From contig ADNK01001691.1 in assembly GCA_000320545.1 (NCBI GenBank), positions 12,206 through 76,205 of the forward strand: a DNA stretch of 64,000 nucleotides. The letters are read 5' to 3'. The position numbers were made by a program, and so were the translations under genes. Shown piece by piece: positions 1 through 13,135 of this stretch; position 1 is the first letter of the stretch; each line of letters opens with the position of its first letter. This stretch comes from Bigelowiella natans CCMP2755. Lineage: Eukaryota > Protista > Cercozoa. Under the pieces are notes generated by a model. The model was not told the origin of the DNA. It was given only the letters and a program-made list of their open reading frames with translations, and did no database searches.

Positions 1-294
1 TTCCAGGGATGAGCTTCCGAAGAAAAAACCAGCAATACATGTCGGATGTATTTGCCCTGTCCGTCTAGCCTCGAAAACACAGGTTTGAACGTCTTGCGAT
101 TGAAATGTGAAATATATGCTATAAAAAGTAAACTTTCCATGTAGGTGGATACGAAGACTATGATGAAGAGGGGAGTGAAGAAGGTTCGCCGTTCTGTTCA
201 GCCGATGCTTTTGGCAACCTTCGTTGCATGGGTTTGAATTGATACATTTCTATATTTTTGTAATCTTTCTCAAGAGCATTTTAACCCAGACTGA
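1..294 (+). CDS. Possible 3' end of an unknown multi-exon gene (partial)
   Basis: Open segments SRDELPKKKPAIHVGCICPVRLASKTQ and VDTKTMMKRGSEEGSPFCSADAFGNLRCM can be joined via GT..AG introns, ending at TGA 292-294. No recognisable domain. Confidence 0.25.
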
Positions 295-1661
295 GCCTGT
301 CAAAATCCATAGGTTTGTTTGGATACCGAAGCTTCTTATTTCTCAAAGAACGAGGCTTGGGACATTAGAGATCAGGATCATCGAAAGCATTGGGTTCCGA
401 AAGTTCTCTCGAAAAATAATGCAGAAAAATAAAGGCATTAACAAGGCCTCTGTGTTTTTAAGTGCCGACCACTTGGAAGTAGAAAGTATTCAATTTATAA
501 TTTGGAGTTGAAATTGATAAAACAATATGATGCACATTTAGAAACCACGCTATGCTACACACGCAATGCGCTAGCTCTGAAAATTCGCGTTGTGTGTTAG
601 GCGAACCGTTAGTTTGCGTTGTCTCTGAATGTGCTACCCGGCGCACGCACTACTTGCCCACATATGATAGACATGCAATGCACATTGCTGTGTCTATTAT
701 ACATTGTGACCGTGCACTTCCTTCCACATTTTCATACACATGCACATCTAGACATCTAGACATACATGCGCAAGCGATCTAGGTTAGCTAGGCCGCGCTG
801 GACCCTCTAGCTAGCTAGCCCTGCTAGCCTGCCTCCACTCATTGGGTCTGTGTTGCCTCTACGCATGTTGCTGAGATTATAAGATCATCTAGATCATGAC
901 CGAGCTCTAGAGCTAGCGAGGCGATGGCTTGCGCCAGACTGCCTATCTAGCTATCCGGATTCCGTGTGCGCGCTAACGGTGTGATTTGTTGCATTTTAAC
1001 ATTTCACTTGCACACGGTTCGTTCCTCGCGTGTTAGCGTGGCATAGTATTTCCTGCGCTGGTGCGATCGACTACAGTGTAGTGCGCTCTATCTTGTGCAT
1101 GTGTGTGACCCACATATGTTCAATGGAAGCAACAATGCTAGAATGATGCAGAGTGCTGGAATGTCGCCATCTAGAGTGGGACTATGTAGCTACAGACAAC
1201 TAAGTAATGCAAAGAAAATTCCCAGGTTGCAAACCGATCATGCCTCTCTAGCTTTAGCTAGTTATAATGTCTAAAACTACATCCCATAGGACCCGTCAAA
1301 TAAGTGACGGGGTCGACCATTTCTAGCGCCTTTCATGCAGTGACTTTTTACTGTGTCTATAGTACCGGTGCCCACCGCACCTCATTAGCAGAACCAATAA
1401 TGTTGTCACCACGCATCCACACACAAACGACATGTTCGCGCACACATTATGCTTGCAAGCATGTGTACATTATAAACATTGCATAGCTTACATTAAGATG
1501 GCCATTGAACGAATTTAATTTATTCATTATACCCGTCTCATACATTATAGAGGTATGTATAGAAAGAGAGCAAACCTACACGACCGTGTTAAAGTATCCC
1601 CAACATGATAACACCGAAACCACCATCCATGCCCTCTTGGCTCCTCTACTTCTCTCGTAGT

Positions 1662-1722
1662 AGTAGCAGCAGTAGTAGTAGTAGTAGTAGTAGTAGTAGA
1701 AGTAGCAGTAGTAGCAGCAGAA
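1662..1722. repeat. (AGT/AGC)n trinucleotide microsatellite
   Basis: Direct inspection; lies just 3' of the MAM33-like stop codon. Confidence 0.9.
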
Positions 1723-1848
1723 GTACCACTCTTGCTACAATAAGGAAGACGTTGCTCATCTCCTTCTTCATCGCTGCAAATGCCGGTGCAGCACACAGCC
1801 GCATCGTCAGAAAACAGCCATGCGCTCACTAACGCACCCCAAGGAACA

Positions 1849-2017
1849 CTATTTCTCGAGGAAGTCATCAACTTGCTTCACAAGGCTGTGGAGTTCCATC
1901 CCATGAATAGTCTCCGCGCTGTCGGCCAGGAAGCAGGCAAGGTCGTTCGTAACCCCCCGCTCCTCAAGATACACGTACAGGTCCTCAACGAGCTCCTGGG
2001 GGGGGGGGTTGGTTGTC

Positions 2018-2056
<39 letters not shown>

Positions 2057-2236
2057 GATGAGGATGATGCGTTAAGATTGGACATTATTCCGCCATGCGT
2101 AGATGACGATTTAATAGATATGAATATCTCCATGCTTTAATAAACATGTTTTTTAAAACGGATTTTTTTTCTATCTGCAGTGCTGCTCTGCGGAGGACGA
2201 ATAAGGATCAAGATGAATTGTGGTGCCATCATAAAG

Positions 2237-2312
<76 letters not shown>

Positions 2313-2442
2313 GTAATACTTACATCTGGAAAGCGATAGGTTGGAACAGAAACATAATCGTCCTCCCCAACGTCTTCAGGACCCACCGCAAGATCCACGA
2401 TCTCGAACTCATCGTGCTGAAACGTAGTTACGGAAGCGAAGA

Positions 2443-2515
<73 letters not shown>

Positions 2516-3357
2516 CAATCGTAAAGCTAACCCTGAAAACGCACTCAAACGTCATCTCGTTCTCACAATGCTCCTTGCTGACATGTACGTCGAACCGAAG
2601 CTCCTGCAACACAGAGACACGGACGGAGCAATGCACGATCAGTCTACATATATATCGGTGAACATGCACGTCAGATTGTTCTTTTGATGCCGCACCAGGG
2701 GGTTTCCGAGATCGACATCTCCACCGTCTTCCCCATTTGCATCCCCCTCCTCCAGCTGCTCAAAGCCATCCATATCCAGTGCCTCAGCCGCCCCGGCTCG
2801 TACGTCGCTCCGAACGGTAATCCTGAATGATACCAAGGGGTGGGCATCTCCCTCCGCTTCTCTCTTTTTCTTTCTCTTCACGCGTGTATGTTTCTGAGGG
2901 TGAGTGCTTCGGTGTGGCGCGTGCGTGCGTGCGTGCGAGTCCATGCGAAATGCAACGATAGGCGCCACGCATGTGCTATCAGGTCATCAGGATTTGGAAA
3001 GAGGAATTGGAGGACATCCTCGATACTTGGCCTTACGTTTCACTGCCAGACGCTTTGACCATCTCGATGATTGCGGAGCCTGGCGTATGCGCGACGTCAA
3101 ATCCTTCAAACGTCTTCTCGAGCTCCTGGGGGGTGGTTGCGGCACAGCAGCAAGCAAACGGTGAGCTTTCCCCCTACCTAAGATTCGAATGCGTAGGGCA
3201 CCTGTTTGCTCTCTTCCTCGGTTTCCGCCAGCATCTCCTTGATTGACTTCTTCAGGGCACAGAAAGATCGAACCGAGGCCGCAAATCCCTGCGTTTTTCT
3301 CTCACCCAGAAGCAGAAGGCGGCGCGAGCTGCTCTGGATCTTCTTCACCGCCAGCAT
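1849..3357 (-). CDS. Mitochondrial acidic matrix protein, MAM33/p32 (C1QBP) family, multi-exon
   Basis: Hand-spliced start [37 protein letters not shown] resembles a presequence. Further exons: [33 protein letters not shown]...acidic loop, [15 protein letters not shown], and C-terminal [23 protein letters not shown]...[10 protein letters not shown], which matches the MAM33 L..YLEERG...LA.FL motif. Confidence 0.8.
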
Positions 3358-5189
3358 TGGTCAAGTCTATGAAATAATGATTACCAGTCAGCAAGCAGGG
3401 CGGGGGAGGGGAGGGGGGGGATGCAGTAGGCATTGCACCCACCAGCAGAGGTGATCAATTGCTCAATTTAGACACAAATATTTAGATGTTTTATCATCAA
3501 TAATTTTCTCATCTCGTTTCGATCAACTGGCCATCAAACAGTTTGCGTGTAAACAAGTAATACTTCCTTTTTAGGTTGTCGCCCGGAGTAACTATCGACT
3601 TTCCGAAGTTGCGCAGACTTCGGTAGGTTGTCGGAGTGCGACAACAGTAATAATTATGTCGCTATGTTGCGATTGGCTCCCTTTTAATCACAATGTTAAA
3701 GCTCTACGTCTTACTGCGCATGTGGGCATGATCGAAATAAACAGAGGCCGTTTTCCGCGAAATCGCCGCAATAATTTTTGCTGGGGGACAATGAACAATG
3801 AACAAACGAGTGAACACATTTCCACAGAGCGCATGGAGATTGGTTGTTGCTCATTGTTCATTGTTCATTGTTCATTGCTCGAGTTGCTTCCCGCAGATTT
3901 CCTTTTCTCCTTTTGTGCAATGTTCAAAAAGCACAAAAGGTTTCACATAAAGTTAGTTCGAGGCATTGTTTCGCGCGCTGCAAATGTCTTGCAACATTTC
4001 TGAAATGTGGTTTCTCATTTGACACGGTTTGCAATTCCTAGCCGCACCCCATGAATGGTTTTTAGTCTACCTGTCAGTCCAATCAGGCTCGTCGTTGGAA
4101 AGGTCAGAGCCAATGCACAAAAGCAACTGAACTCAAATTCAATTTAAATGCAAAATCCTGACCCCGTGGACGAGTAGCAGCACAAAACTCTGCTTCCAAT
4201 TTTTTTGTAATTTGGGAAATTTCAGGTGAAATTACCTTTAAATCTTTTAGGCTTTAAAAATCGGGTTCCTCTCCTCACTTGTTGACAAGAATGGAGGGGG
4301 TATGAGATCACAGGAGGACGAGGGAACCCCAGGGTCCGAAGTGTCGTCCCAACTCCCATCCCGCTTCCTCAAGTGGCAGCTTTAGGCAAAATCGCGCCAA
4401 ACAGGCCACCGGCTGACAGCTAACTCCAGTGTACCCAGTATGTCATTGTGCTTTTCTAGCGCTTTTCTAGCGCTTTTCTAGCACAGAGGGTCTTTGCTGA
4501 GTACAAATGAGCACAAATCCATTCTCCGACAACCATCTTGCCGCCTTCATGCGGCTGAAATCGCCTGCTGATTTCCGGCGCCATGCGGATCGGGCTTTGC
4601 ACAAAGCTGAACGCGAAGACGTAGTCGGGAAGAGACGGTATTTGGCCATGCGCCAAGGCGAAAACCATGTCGCAGATTGAAAGATGCTCGGGTGCCTCTC
4701 GGGGTCGCAGATTCAAGGCGTCACTCACATTATTGAGCCTGCATCATGAAAGTACCAGTCATGAAGCGAACGCCTGCGGACAAGCTGCCCGACAGCCAGT
4801 GCTTCATCTGCGTCTGTGCGAAGGCAATGCATCGTGTTTGCATGCAATCAGCAATCAGGCTATCCAAATGGACCGTGCGTTTGATTTGAAATTCAGTCCG
4901 GAGTAACTCTGATGACTAAAATAGCAATGATAAGAATGCGGTGTCACGGTGCTCTAATTTTTCTTTCCCTCTCCCACATTTTAAAATATGTGCGCAGCGG
5001 TACAAGAAGACCTCTATACACTCTATCACCCGCCACAAAGAGGAATGCATAAAATGGCTTCAAGAAAACCCTATTCCACATGTCCATGTGAGTAGGGAGA
5101 TTGAAAATTGGGTGAAAATCGCGAAAGGTGCCAAAATTCATCAATCTTGTCTCAGATTGAGTGTTCATTTAATGATGGTTAATTCTCAG

Positions 5190-6508
5190 AAGGAGGGACT
5201 CAAAATCTCAACTTCAGCAACATTTTCTCTAAAATAACTACATGGGGAGAGTTTTACATTGGTAGATTTGTCGCAGATCCAAGTACAAACCTCCTGTGGG
5301 CAGATCCGGTTGCTTGCAAAATCTTAGGCCTGGACGAGTCGACGATAGAACATGAGTATCTTAAGGTTGAAATGTGTGACATGATCCTAGTTAGAATAAA
5401 AGAAAGCCTTCCAAATAAAATATCCCCAAATATTACATCCATGAAGGCCTTTGAAAACACAGCGCAGCCAAAGGTGCTCTTAGCTGACGTCGTGGTAAGG
5501 AGCGGAGCATGATAGTATATGTACCTTCGAATGCCAAGGCAAAATGAGATTCAATGTTCCAATGCATTCAGGAAGTATACACGAGAAAAGAAAGTCGTCG
5601 GATGTTATTTGAAGCAAAAAGAAGAAACGGTAAATGTTGGAACCAGTTGTGTCTGAAGGTTGTGATAGGAAAGTCTCAGAAACCCTACCTTCTGGGTTGG
5701 ATGCAGGATATCACACATTTCATCGAAGCGGTGCATCAAAAACAGGAATCAACTTATCGTCCTGAAGTTAGAAACCGTCAGCAATATCATGACGAGAGCG
5801 AATACCCCGAGCGTCAAAGATTCATAAAGTCGGTTATGAAATGATGTTATAAATTACCCAAACAGAACTTTTTTTATGTTATTTCCTTTGTATTCTTAGA
5901 CGTGTACGGAAAAGAGCGGATCCTAGGAGTGATGGCGATCTTCGAGAAAAGGAGGCGATACGGAATATTACACATCCACTTCCAAGATATGGCATTCAAA
6001 CTCAAAACAGAAATTTTGCTCGAACAATGCTAGAAACGACTCCATGAATACATTACATAGTATTCCGTTACGATTGGACGATAAATTATATTTGGAGAGG
6101 ACGGTTCCTGCCTCTCTGTATCAGTTGTATGAGGACAGTAGTTCTAGGAGTAACAGTCATTCTTCCTCTTCTAATAGAGAAGTGTGGAATACTGTGGCGA
6201 AGGGGGAAAGCACATTGCTCCGTCAAAGGGAGCCATCGCGTACGTCACATTCTGATTCTTACGTTTATTCACGACAATTACCTAACTGTGGAAAAAGTAG
6301 ACACAGTCCTGTATTGCCAGGTCGTAAACGCAGTCGTAGCCATGACTTCTTTCCTAAAAAGGAAGTTGAATACCCTGATGCTACCTCTTCTAGCACCATG
6401 ATGCCTCGAGAAAGACCTCGAGGAAGACAGCGAAAGCATCGTGAAAGCCAACCAAAATATATGTACAAACCCATGAATCCCTATCATCACGACAGAGACA
6501 AAACGTAA
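5190..6508 (+). CDS. Putative PAS/PAC-domain protein, multi-exon, boundaries uncertain
   Basis: The exon IGRFVADPSTNLLWADPVACKILGLDESTIE (PAS-core-like) joins via GTAAGG(5495)..CAG to EVYTRKESRRMLFEAKRRNGKCWNQLCLKVVIGKSQKPYLLGWMQDITH (PAC-like G..W...G...DIT). An S/R-rich ORF follows at 6044-6508. Confidence 0.45.
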
Positions 6509-8257
6509 TGAAGGGGTTCCTAAGTGATTCTTGAATGTGATTATTCTATTTCATTAGTTCCCATGTTAGTCAATACAGGATATAATTTGATTGTGAACGG
6601 AGTTGAAACATAGAGAGACCGTGATCGTTAGCACATGATATAGTTAGATTGTGCGTGTGAACGCAAGGAGCACCTAAACTTGCATGTTCATCTGTGCCTT
6701 TTGAACTTTCACACAAGTGTCATTTCCATTCAAGTGCATGTATTGCACATGATCTCATGAGTGCCACGCACAACTGCCATTGTGGCCATCACCTTGTTGC
6801 TGTGCAAGGCAACTAGTCAAGCAACACAGTGCAACAATGTGCAGTGAGAGCTGTGCGCGCTGTGCAGCAATGCTACCAACAAGCAATGATGAACAACGCA
6901 ATGTGCGATGAGCACACGACACCAGCTGTGCTAGCATGTTGGTGATGCTGAACACCGACACAACCAACATGGGCGGCAATCACCACGATGGACCAGCAGC
7001 CGCAACTGACAGCGGTCCACTCTTCTAGTCTTGTGGTGACGGCAGCTGTGGTCGATGCAGCAGAAGCACTGAAAGCTTGTGTGTTGTGTGCAGTTGCACA
7101 AACCATGACGGCCATGCTGGCATGGCCAGACAGGCTGACTGTGACTGCTAGACTGTGACTGCGCGTGCGGCAGCAACAGCGGAAGCGTTTGTTGGCATGT
7201 TTAGCTGTTCGCCTAGCACCACATGCCAGCATGTGTGGCAGGCCAAAGGCACATCTGCAATTCAACGACGTCAAATGACAGAATAAGAACGGCAAGCGTG
7301 TCATTGTTGCTCGCCCACTTGTGACCTCATCAATTTGGCGCTACTCGCATGCAAGGCACCTCTAGTGGTGCAGCTCTTAGCTGTCTAGCTGTTCCCTCGG
7401 TGACCACCGCTCAATTTGAATTGATTCCTGCTGTGCATTGTGCGCACAATCACAACATTCAATGTGTCTGGGATTTGACCATCATTGTCCGGCGATTGGG
7501 TTCAAAATCCATCTGTCTCATGCAAAAGTGTTTCTCCGCTCGTCCGCTCATGATGCCTCGCAGACGAGGACAGAAAACTGTGTTCATCCGCACGCCACCA
7601 AACACGTCACAAGTGATCCATTTGGTCCAGTGGTGGAATGCACAGCACTAGAGCATGTTGTTCACTGTGTGCGTCGTCACTCATTTCTCGAAAACCATTT
7701 GAGAATGCGTCATGTCGCATGCAGTGGGGCTGCACATGCTAGCATGCGATGCGTGATCGACATCCCACACAACCTTCAATGGTCACAATTGCATGATACA
7801 AAACAGTTACTTAGTGGGTGTGTGGAAATGGCATCTCACTGTTTTGCTGCAGTCATCACACTGCTAGACTGCCACACTAGTACACCACGAATCATCACCA
7901 CACTGGACCAACACGTGTGCTATGTGATCACGAGGTTTTTGGGATGTGCCCTGAGCTCCTCATATGATGGATGAATTCAGACTCTGAATTCAACGTAAGT
8001 GCACACAACCCGCACTTCCAGATCACCTGTCAAAACCACTATACTCAAAATTTTCTTTTACGATTTTTGCAGTAGCGTGCGCATTGTGTGCGTGCGTGGT
8101 GTCACACCGACACGTGTACTGGTACAATGTTGCCAAGTACTTTGCGATCCATTTCGCATGCCGTGATGGTAAGTTGTATTGTCGAGGTTCATTTCTAGCA
8201 CCAAATGTCGCATTCTAACAAGGTGTTACAAATGTCATGCTAGCAGAACATAAAAAC

Positions 8258-9841
8258 TCAAATTGCTGTGAAATGAAAGTCAAAATTAATCACCAAGCTT
8301 TCTGCAACAGATCTTTTCTTCTTCTGATGATTTTTCCCGTTGAAATGCCCTAAGAAACTCTCCACGGTACTCAATTGGGCAGTCTTACAGATTGGACAAT
8401 GATATGCTTCAGAGCCAGCAACTAATTTCGTTTCAAGGCATTTCTGATGAGATCTCCCGCGAAAGTGGTTTTTGAAAATGTCCTCTCCAAGCAGATTTTG
8501 TTTCCCACAAATACCGCAAGACCATGAAGCCTGCACCATTATTGCAAAGATTACGATGTATCAAACTGAGAATCACGTATCATGTCGCTTCATATATGGC
8601 TTCGAAATAATGAGACAGAAAAAAAAGGCGAACCTGCGATTCCCCTTTCACTTTCATATTTTTCTGGTGTCTTTTTCCAGCGAAATGAGAAATAAATATA
8701 TTCAGATTTTCGAACTTGCAGTCGCACGCTGGGCATAAGTAAGGAAATGGCTGATTCTTATTATCACCATTAAACGTGTTGATTTGTATTTTCGTAGGAT
8801 TTTGAATATCAATTGTGCTGAAATTAGTCGATGTAGTATCTTCTTTCTCCTGAGTCTCCTGAGATCCTAAAACATCCAAGTATTCATTATTTCATTATAA
8901 GACATCCGCTTTCAATTTGTATTTGTTTTATAGAACTACTATACCTTGCTTCTGACGAGACGCAAAAAGCATTTCTCTTCTCATCGACAGACAGTGATGC
9001 ATTTCAGAGGACACGACGGGTTTACTATTCTGATCAATCCTTGAAGGATGGTCGTGTTTCTCGTCATCTCTCAATTCCAAGCTTTGCACCCTTTGCTGGA
9101 GTTCCGTGATTTTCTCCTCATGGTTATCAAGTCGTGATTCGATAATATCATTACCAGAATTTTGTTGCTCAATGCTGTCTGGTCGTTCATTGGTATTGTC
9201 TCTCCTTCGCCGTTTATTTTGAGTATTCTGAGTTTTGTACTTGAAAATGGTACTATACACAATTTTCCCTTCAAAATTGATGTAAAATTCCCAACCCTAA
9301 AGAATAAATGCATTGGATTAAGATGCTCGCCAAGACAAAGAGGCTTTGGAGATTGTTGAGAAAAATAAACCTTTACGTTTACAAAATTGAAGTCCTTGAA
9401 CTTGAAGAACAAAAAACTTTTGCTCTCATCAGTAACGAAATCGAAATCGGAATCGGGAATAGGCCTAGTGCCTTGTTTCTCGTCATCCCTTTTTGATTCC
9501 TTTTCCCGGAATCCAGCTTCAAATTTTCGTTTTGATAATGGCCCCATTACCCATTCTGTGCGAGTCACCTCAAATCCATAGACGACCACGTTGAATCTCC
9601 CGATGAGCTCTTCATTGATTAATTTATCAGGTATCTTTTTCTTGCCTCTGGTCAACTCTTTCGTGAAATGAATCCTCTTCTCATCCGTTAAATGACACGG
9701 GATGACCGATGGTTTGAAAAATCTTTCAATGTCTAATTCCATCATCTTTGGAACGATCGGTCTTCGAGGGAAATGTGATGAGAGTGCTCTAAGGAGAGGG
9801 AGCGCCCGAATTATAGAAAAGCAATATTTATCCTGCGACAA
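8258..9841 (-). CDS. Protein with three U1/matrin-type C2H2 zinc fingers and an unassigned N-terminal region
   Basis: CPACDCKFENLNIFISHFAGKRHQKN, CGICGKQNLLGEDIFKNHFRGRSHQK and CPICKTAQLSTVESFLGHFNGKNHQKK all fit C-x2-C...H-x2-G-x2-H. The upstream ORFs 9071-9841 and 8928-9260 are on the same strand; their linkage to the fingers is inferred. Confidence 0.65.
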
Positions 9842-10298
9842 TCACTAAAATTCTGACGCACCTTCCAAACACAGCCCATTCCCATATATTTCGAACAATT
9901 TTTGACGCTCCATCTTGTTCTTCTGGAAATATTTTCCCATGGTAACACGTAGATCTGTCTGTGGATCTACGACAGGTTTGACCGCCCAACAGCTGTTTCA
10001 TCTACTTTTCCCTCTACGACATGAAGTTAAAGCTGGCGCAATCATTAGATGCACGGAATTAAACCAACTATGAAATGCTTTTTTCAGAGGTAATGTTTCG
10101 CAGTTGTCCATGCGGCAGTAAAGAAATGCACCGGATTTTCGCTTTGTTTATCGCTAAAATGCTTCAGAAAATGATTTTTCCCCAGTACGCAAGGTAGATC
10201 GGGAGCCAACCCTTCCCACTTGCGACGCTCCCCCTCCCCGGAAGATACGCTGAGCCACGCTTCCTCCCCGATTTCTGAAAAGACCTCACTCCCCGTCC

Positions 10299-10762
10299 AT
10301 GTCGGACTTCAATCTCCGGGAATTTCGTCGTAGTCAAAGCCTGAACGGCAGGAGGCAAGCCAGGGGACGAGGGAGGAATAGCTCAACCACCTCCTCCTCC
10401 TCCTCCTCCTCCCCCTCCTCAAGGCGGGCGGCAACGACAGCGACAGTCATCAGTGATGAGGAGATTGCTCGTAGCATACAACTGGAGGAACAAGAACGCC
10501 TCGATCGAGCACTAGCTCTTAGTTTGCAAGGGGAGGGGATAGGCAGCTCCCAAGGGCGTGAAAGGAAAAATCATCCAGACTCAGGAAGTAGCCGTTCCCC
10601 TGCTTCGGCAATACGAAGGCAGAACGCATCCCAGTCGCATCAGGAGGATCGAAAGGAAGAGGAAGAGGAGAAGAAAAGGAGGCGGCAAGCGGACCTGGAC
10701 TTTGCAATGGCGCTGAGAATGCAAGAGGTGTGTTGCATGTCCACAGGACGAGTGTACACGTT

Positions 10763-10794
<32 letters not shown>

Positions 10795-11680
10795 TCCTCT
10801 TAAATACCAATAGCGTTGGTATGGATTTCCTTATTTGCTACATTTTCGAACTCTTCTGCTTTCATGCTCTAATGCCATGGTCACAGCGCACTTTAGCTCA
10901 CCCCTCCCCCACCCCCCACTCCCACTGTTCCATCACGTGGAATATCTAGGAGGAATCGGCCAGTAGTAGGAACCATAATCCATTACGAGGGCGGGCCGAA
11001 TCACTCCGGCAACAGATCATCCGGCAAGGTTGGCTTTAACCCCCGTTTTCTTGCAGTACTTGAGGCTTCATTATTTTGATAATCAAACCTCTTTTCGACT
11101 ATGATGTGGATATGTATGTGTGCGTATGTGTGTGCGTATGTGTGTGCGTGTGTGTGTGTGTGTGCGTCTGTGTGTGTGCGTATGTGTGTGTGTGTGTGTG
11201 TGTGTGTGTTCTCGACCATTTCGAGGGTGATTTCCGTCATGGAGGTTCCTCTCATCCCTTCTCTCTCCCCCTTTCCCTTCCCCCCCTCTTCCAGTACGCC
11301 GTCTCCCAGTAGGGGGGCGCTATGGGGGGCAAGCGGAACTCGACGGGCTGATGCGTACGGTAATGCAAAGTCACACATAAACTTGCAAATGATGAAGCGA
11401 ATGAAGCGGAGAAAGTCACGGCGGAATCTCGACGCGATCGTTCTTTATGTGGAGCAAATGAGCGCGGCCCTGTATCATCCCATTGCGCCGTTCGTACCTC
11501 TATGCGTGTACTTGATCTTAGCTCTGTCTGTGTATGTACTTTTTTGCTCAACGTGTAGCTCGAAAATATGGCACCTGGAAGAGGGGGGGGGTCCCTGATT
11601 AGGTCTCCGACGGTAGATCTCGATAACATGTCCTACGAGCAAATCCTTGCGCTGCAAGAGCGACTTGGCCAGGTGATATA

Positions 11681-11715
<35 letters not shown>

Positions 11716-12268
11716 TGTACAATTGTGCGTGGATTATATGGATTGAGTGCACGGATTGAGTGCACGCACGACCCGAGCGAACAGAGTAGCACAAAAGTAA
11801 CTCCGCCCACGATTCGACGTCCTGCTTATCAACAACACCTCTCCGAAAACGCTCATATTTGTGAATGATAATTCATAATTCATGAACGATGCAGGTGAAG
11901 AGCAGGGGTGCGACAGAAACCGAGCTTTCCACGCTTCCTTCCTGCAAATTCATCGCGAAGGTGAAGAAGGGAAAAGGTGAGCGAGAGAGGGAGAGACGAT
12001 GGAAACGAGGGAAGAGGGGGAGGGGGGGGGGGGGGGGGGGGATCTAGAAATCTGAACAACGGTTTTCGAGCACCAAGTAGCATATTCGATGTCTTCTTCC
12101 GTCCGCTTTCGGATCGGATCTCACGTTCCGCATGGTGTTGCGCCTCTCTTCAAGGGGGTGATGACGCAAAGGGCAAGGGCCACAAGGACAAGGTGGAGAA
12201 GGAGGAATGCTGTTTCTGCCTGGAAGAATTCAAGGAGGGGGAGAATATCAAACGGTTGCACCAGTTGC

Positions 12269-12300
<32 letters not shown>

Positions 12301-13135
12301 CTCTGGAGAAGTCGACGTTTTAAGCGAAGAGAGCGGGAAGGAAGAGAAGGAGGGAGAAAGACAGCGAGAGAGTAGTCAGAGACCTCAAAACTGTTTACCT
12401 TTCCTTTACCTCATCCTCATCCTCCCCCTCCTCCTCCTCCTCCCAAAACCCATCCCTCAATTACTGCAATTTCTCTCAGTTTGCCCTGCTTACACATCTT
12501 CCATGACCATGAGATTGACAAATGGCTACGTGCGTAAAACACCAGCAGCAAATCAAAAACATAAGTTCACAATCACGAATCCGACATTCAACGCACACGC
12601 ACACGCACACGCACACGCACACGCACACGCACACGCACACGCACACGCACACGCACACGCACACGCACACGCACACGCACACGCTTTCAGAGGCAGAAAT
12701 TCTGTCTTTCTACTACCGCTGATGTGATGATAATGGTGGTGGTGATGATGATGATGATGATGATGATGACAAACAAGTACAACTGAGGGAGGGTGAAGAG
12801 AAGGAGTTAGTAGGAAACCGAGAAGGAATGACAGAAATGAGAAGGAATCGATTTCGTTAATATCTACAAGATCCAACGCTCGATTTGTGGCGGTAGAGCC
12901 TCTTCGTGATTGCTCCACGAGCGCACCAACCCCATCATCATCATCATCATCATCATCTGAGATTCTCCCTCTTCCTCCTCCTCCTCCTCCTCTTCCTCCT
13001 CCTCCTCCTCCTCTTCCCCCCCCCCTCCTGGTGGTGGTTGTTTTCCGATTGTTGTGTTGACTGACGGCAGGAGAGAACAACACCTGTCCCATATGCAAGA
13101 CGCCCATATCAGCCGGGTCCGAGCAGCAGCAGTGA
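10299..13135 (+). CDS. UIM-containing RING-H2 E3 ubiquitin ligase, multi-exon
   Basis: UIM-like helices DEEIARSIQLEE, LDRALALSLQ and DLDFAMALRMQE; a DNMSYEQILALQERLGQV motif; spliced RING-H2 CCFCLEEFKEGENIKR|LPCLHIFHDHEIDKWL|RENNTCPICK; stop at 13133-13135. Confidence 0.85.
12592..12684. repeat. (GCACAC)n hexanucleotide microsatellite, intronic
   Basis: About 15 perfect units within a RING gene intron. Confidence 0.9.

Noticed and set aside
2180-2669. ORFs with YIYI, CVCV, ERER or HAHA runs here and throughout the window
   Set aside because: These are translations of intronic microsatellites.
3700-4900. Possible DNA-transposon or MITE remnant with short tandem repeats (TTGTTCA x3-4, TTTTCTAGCGC x3)
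   Set aside because: I could not identify terminal inverted repeats, a TSD or transposase motifs.
6755-7974. Cys/His-rich ORFs in TG/CA-rich spacers (also 18443-18893, 46812-48111, 54522-55295)
   Set aside because: The composition follows from TGC/CAC/CAT-rich DNA, with overlapping ORFs on both strands and no motifs.
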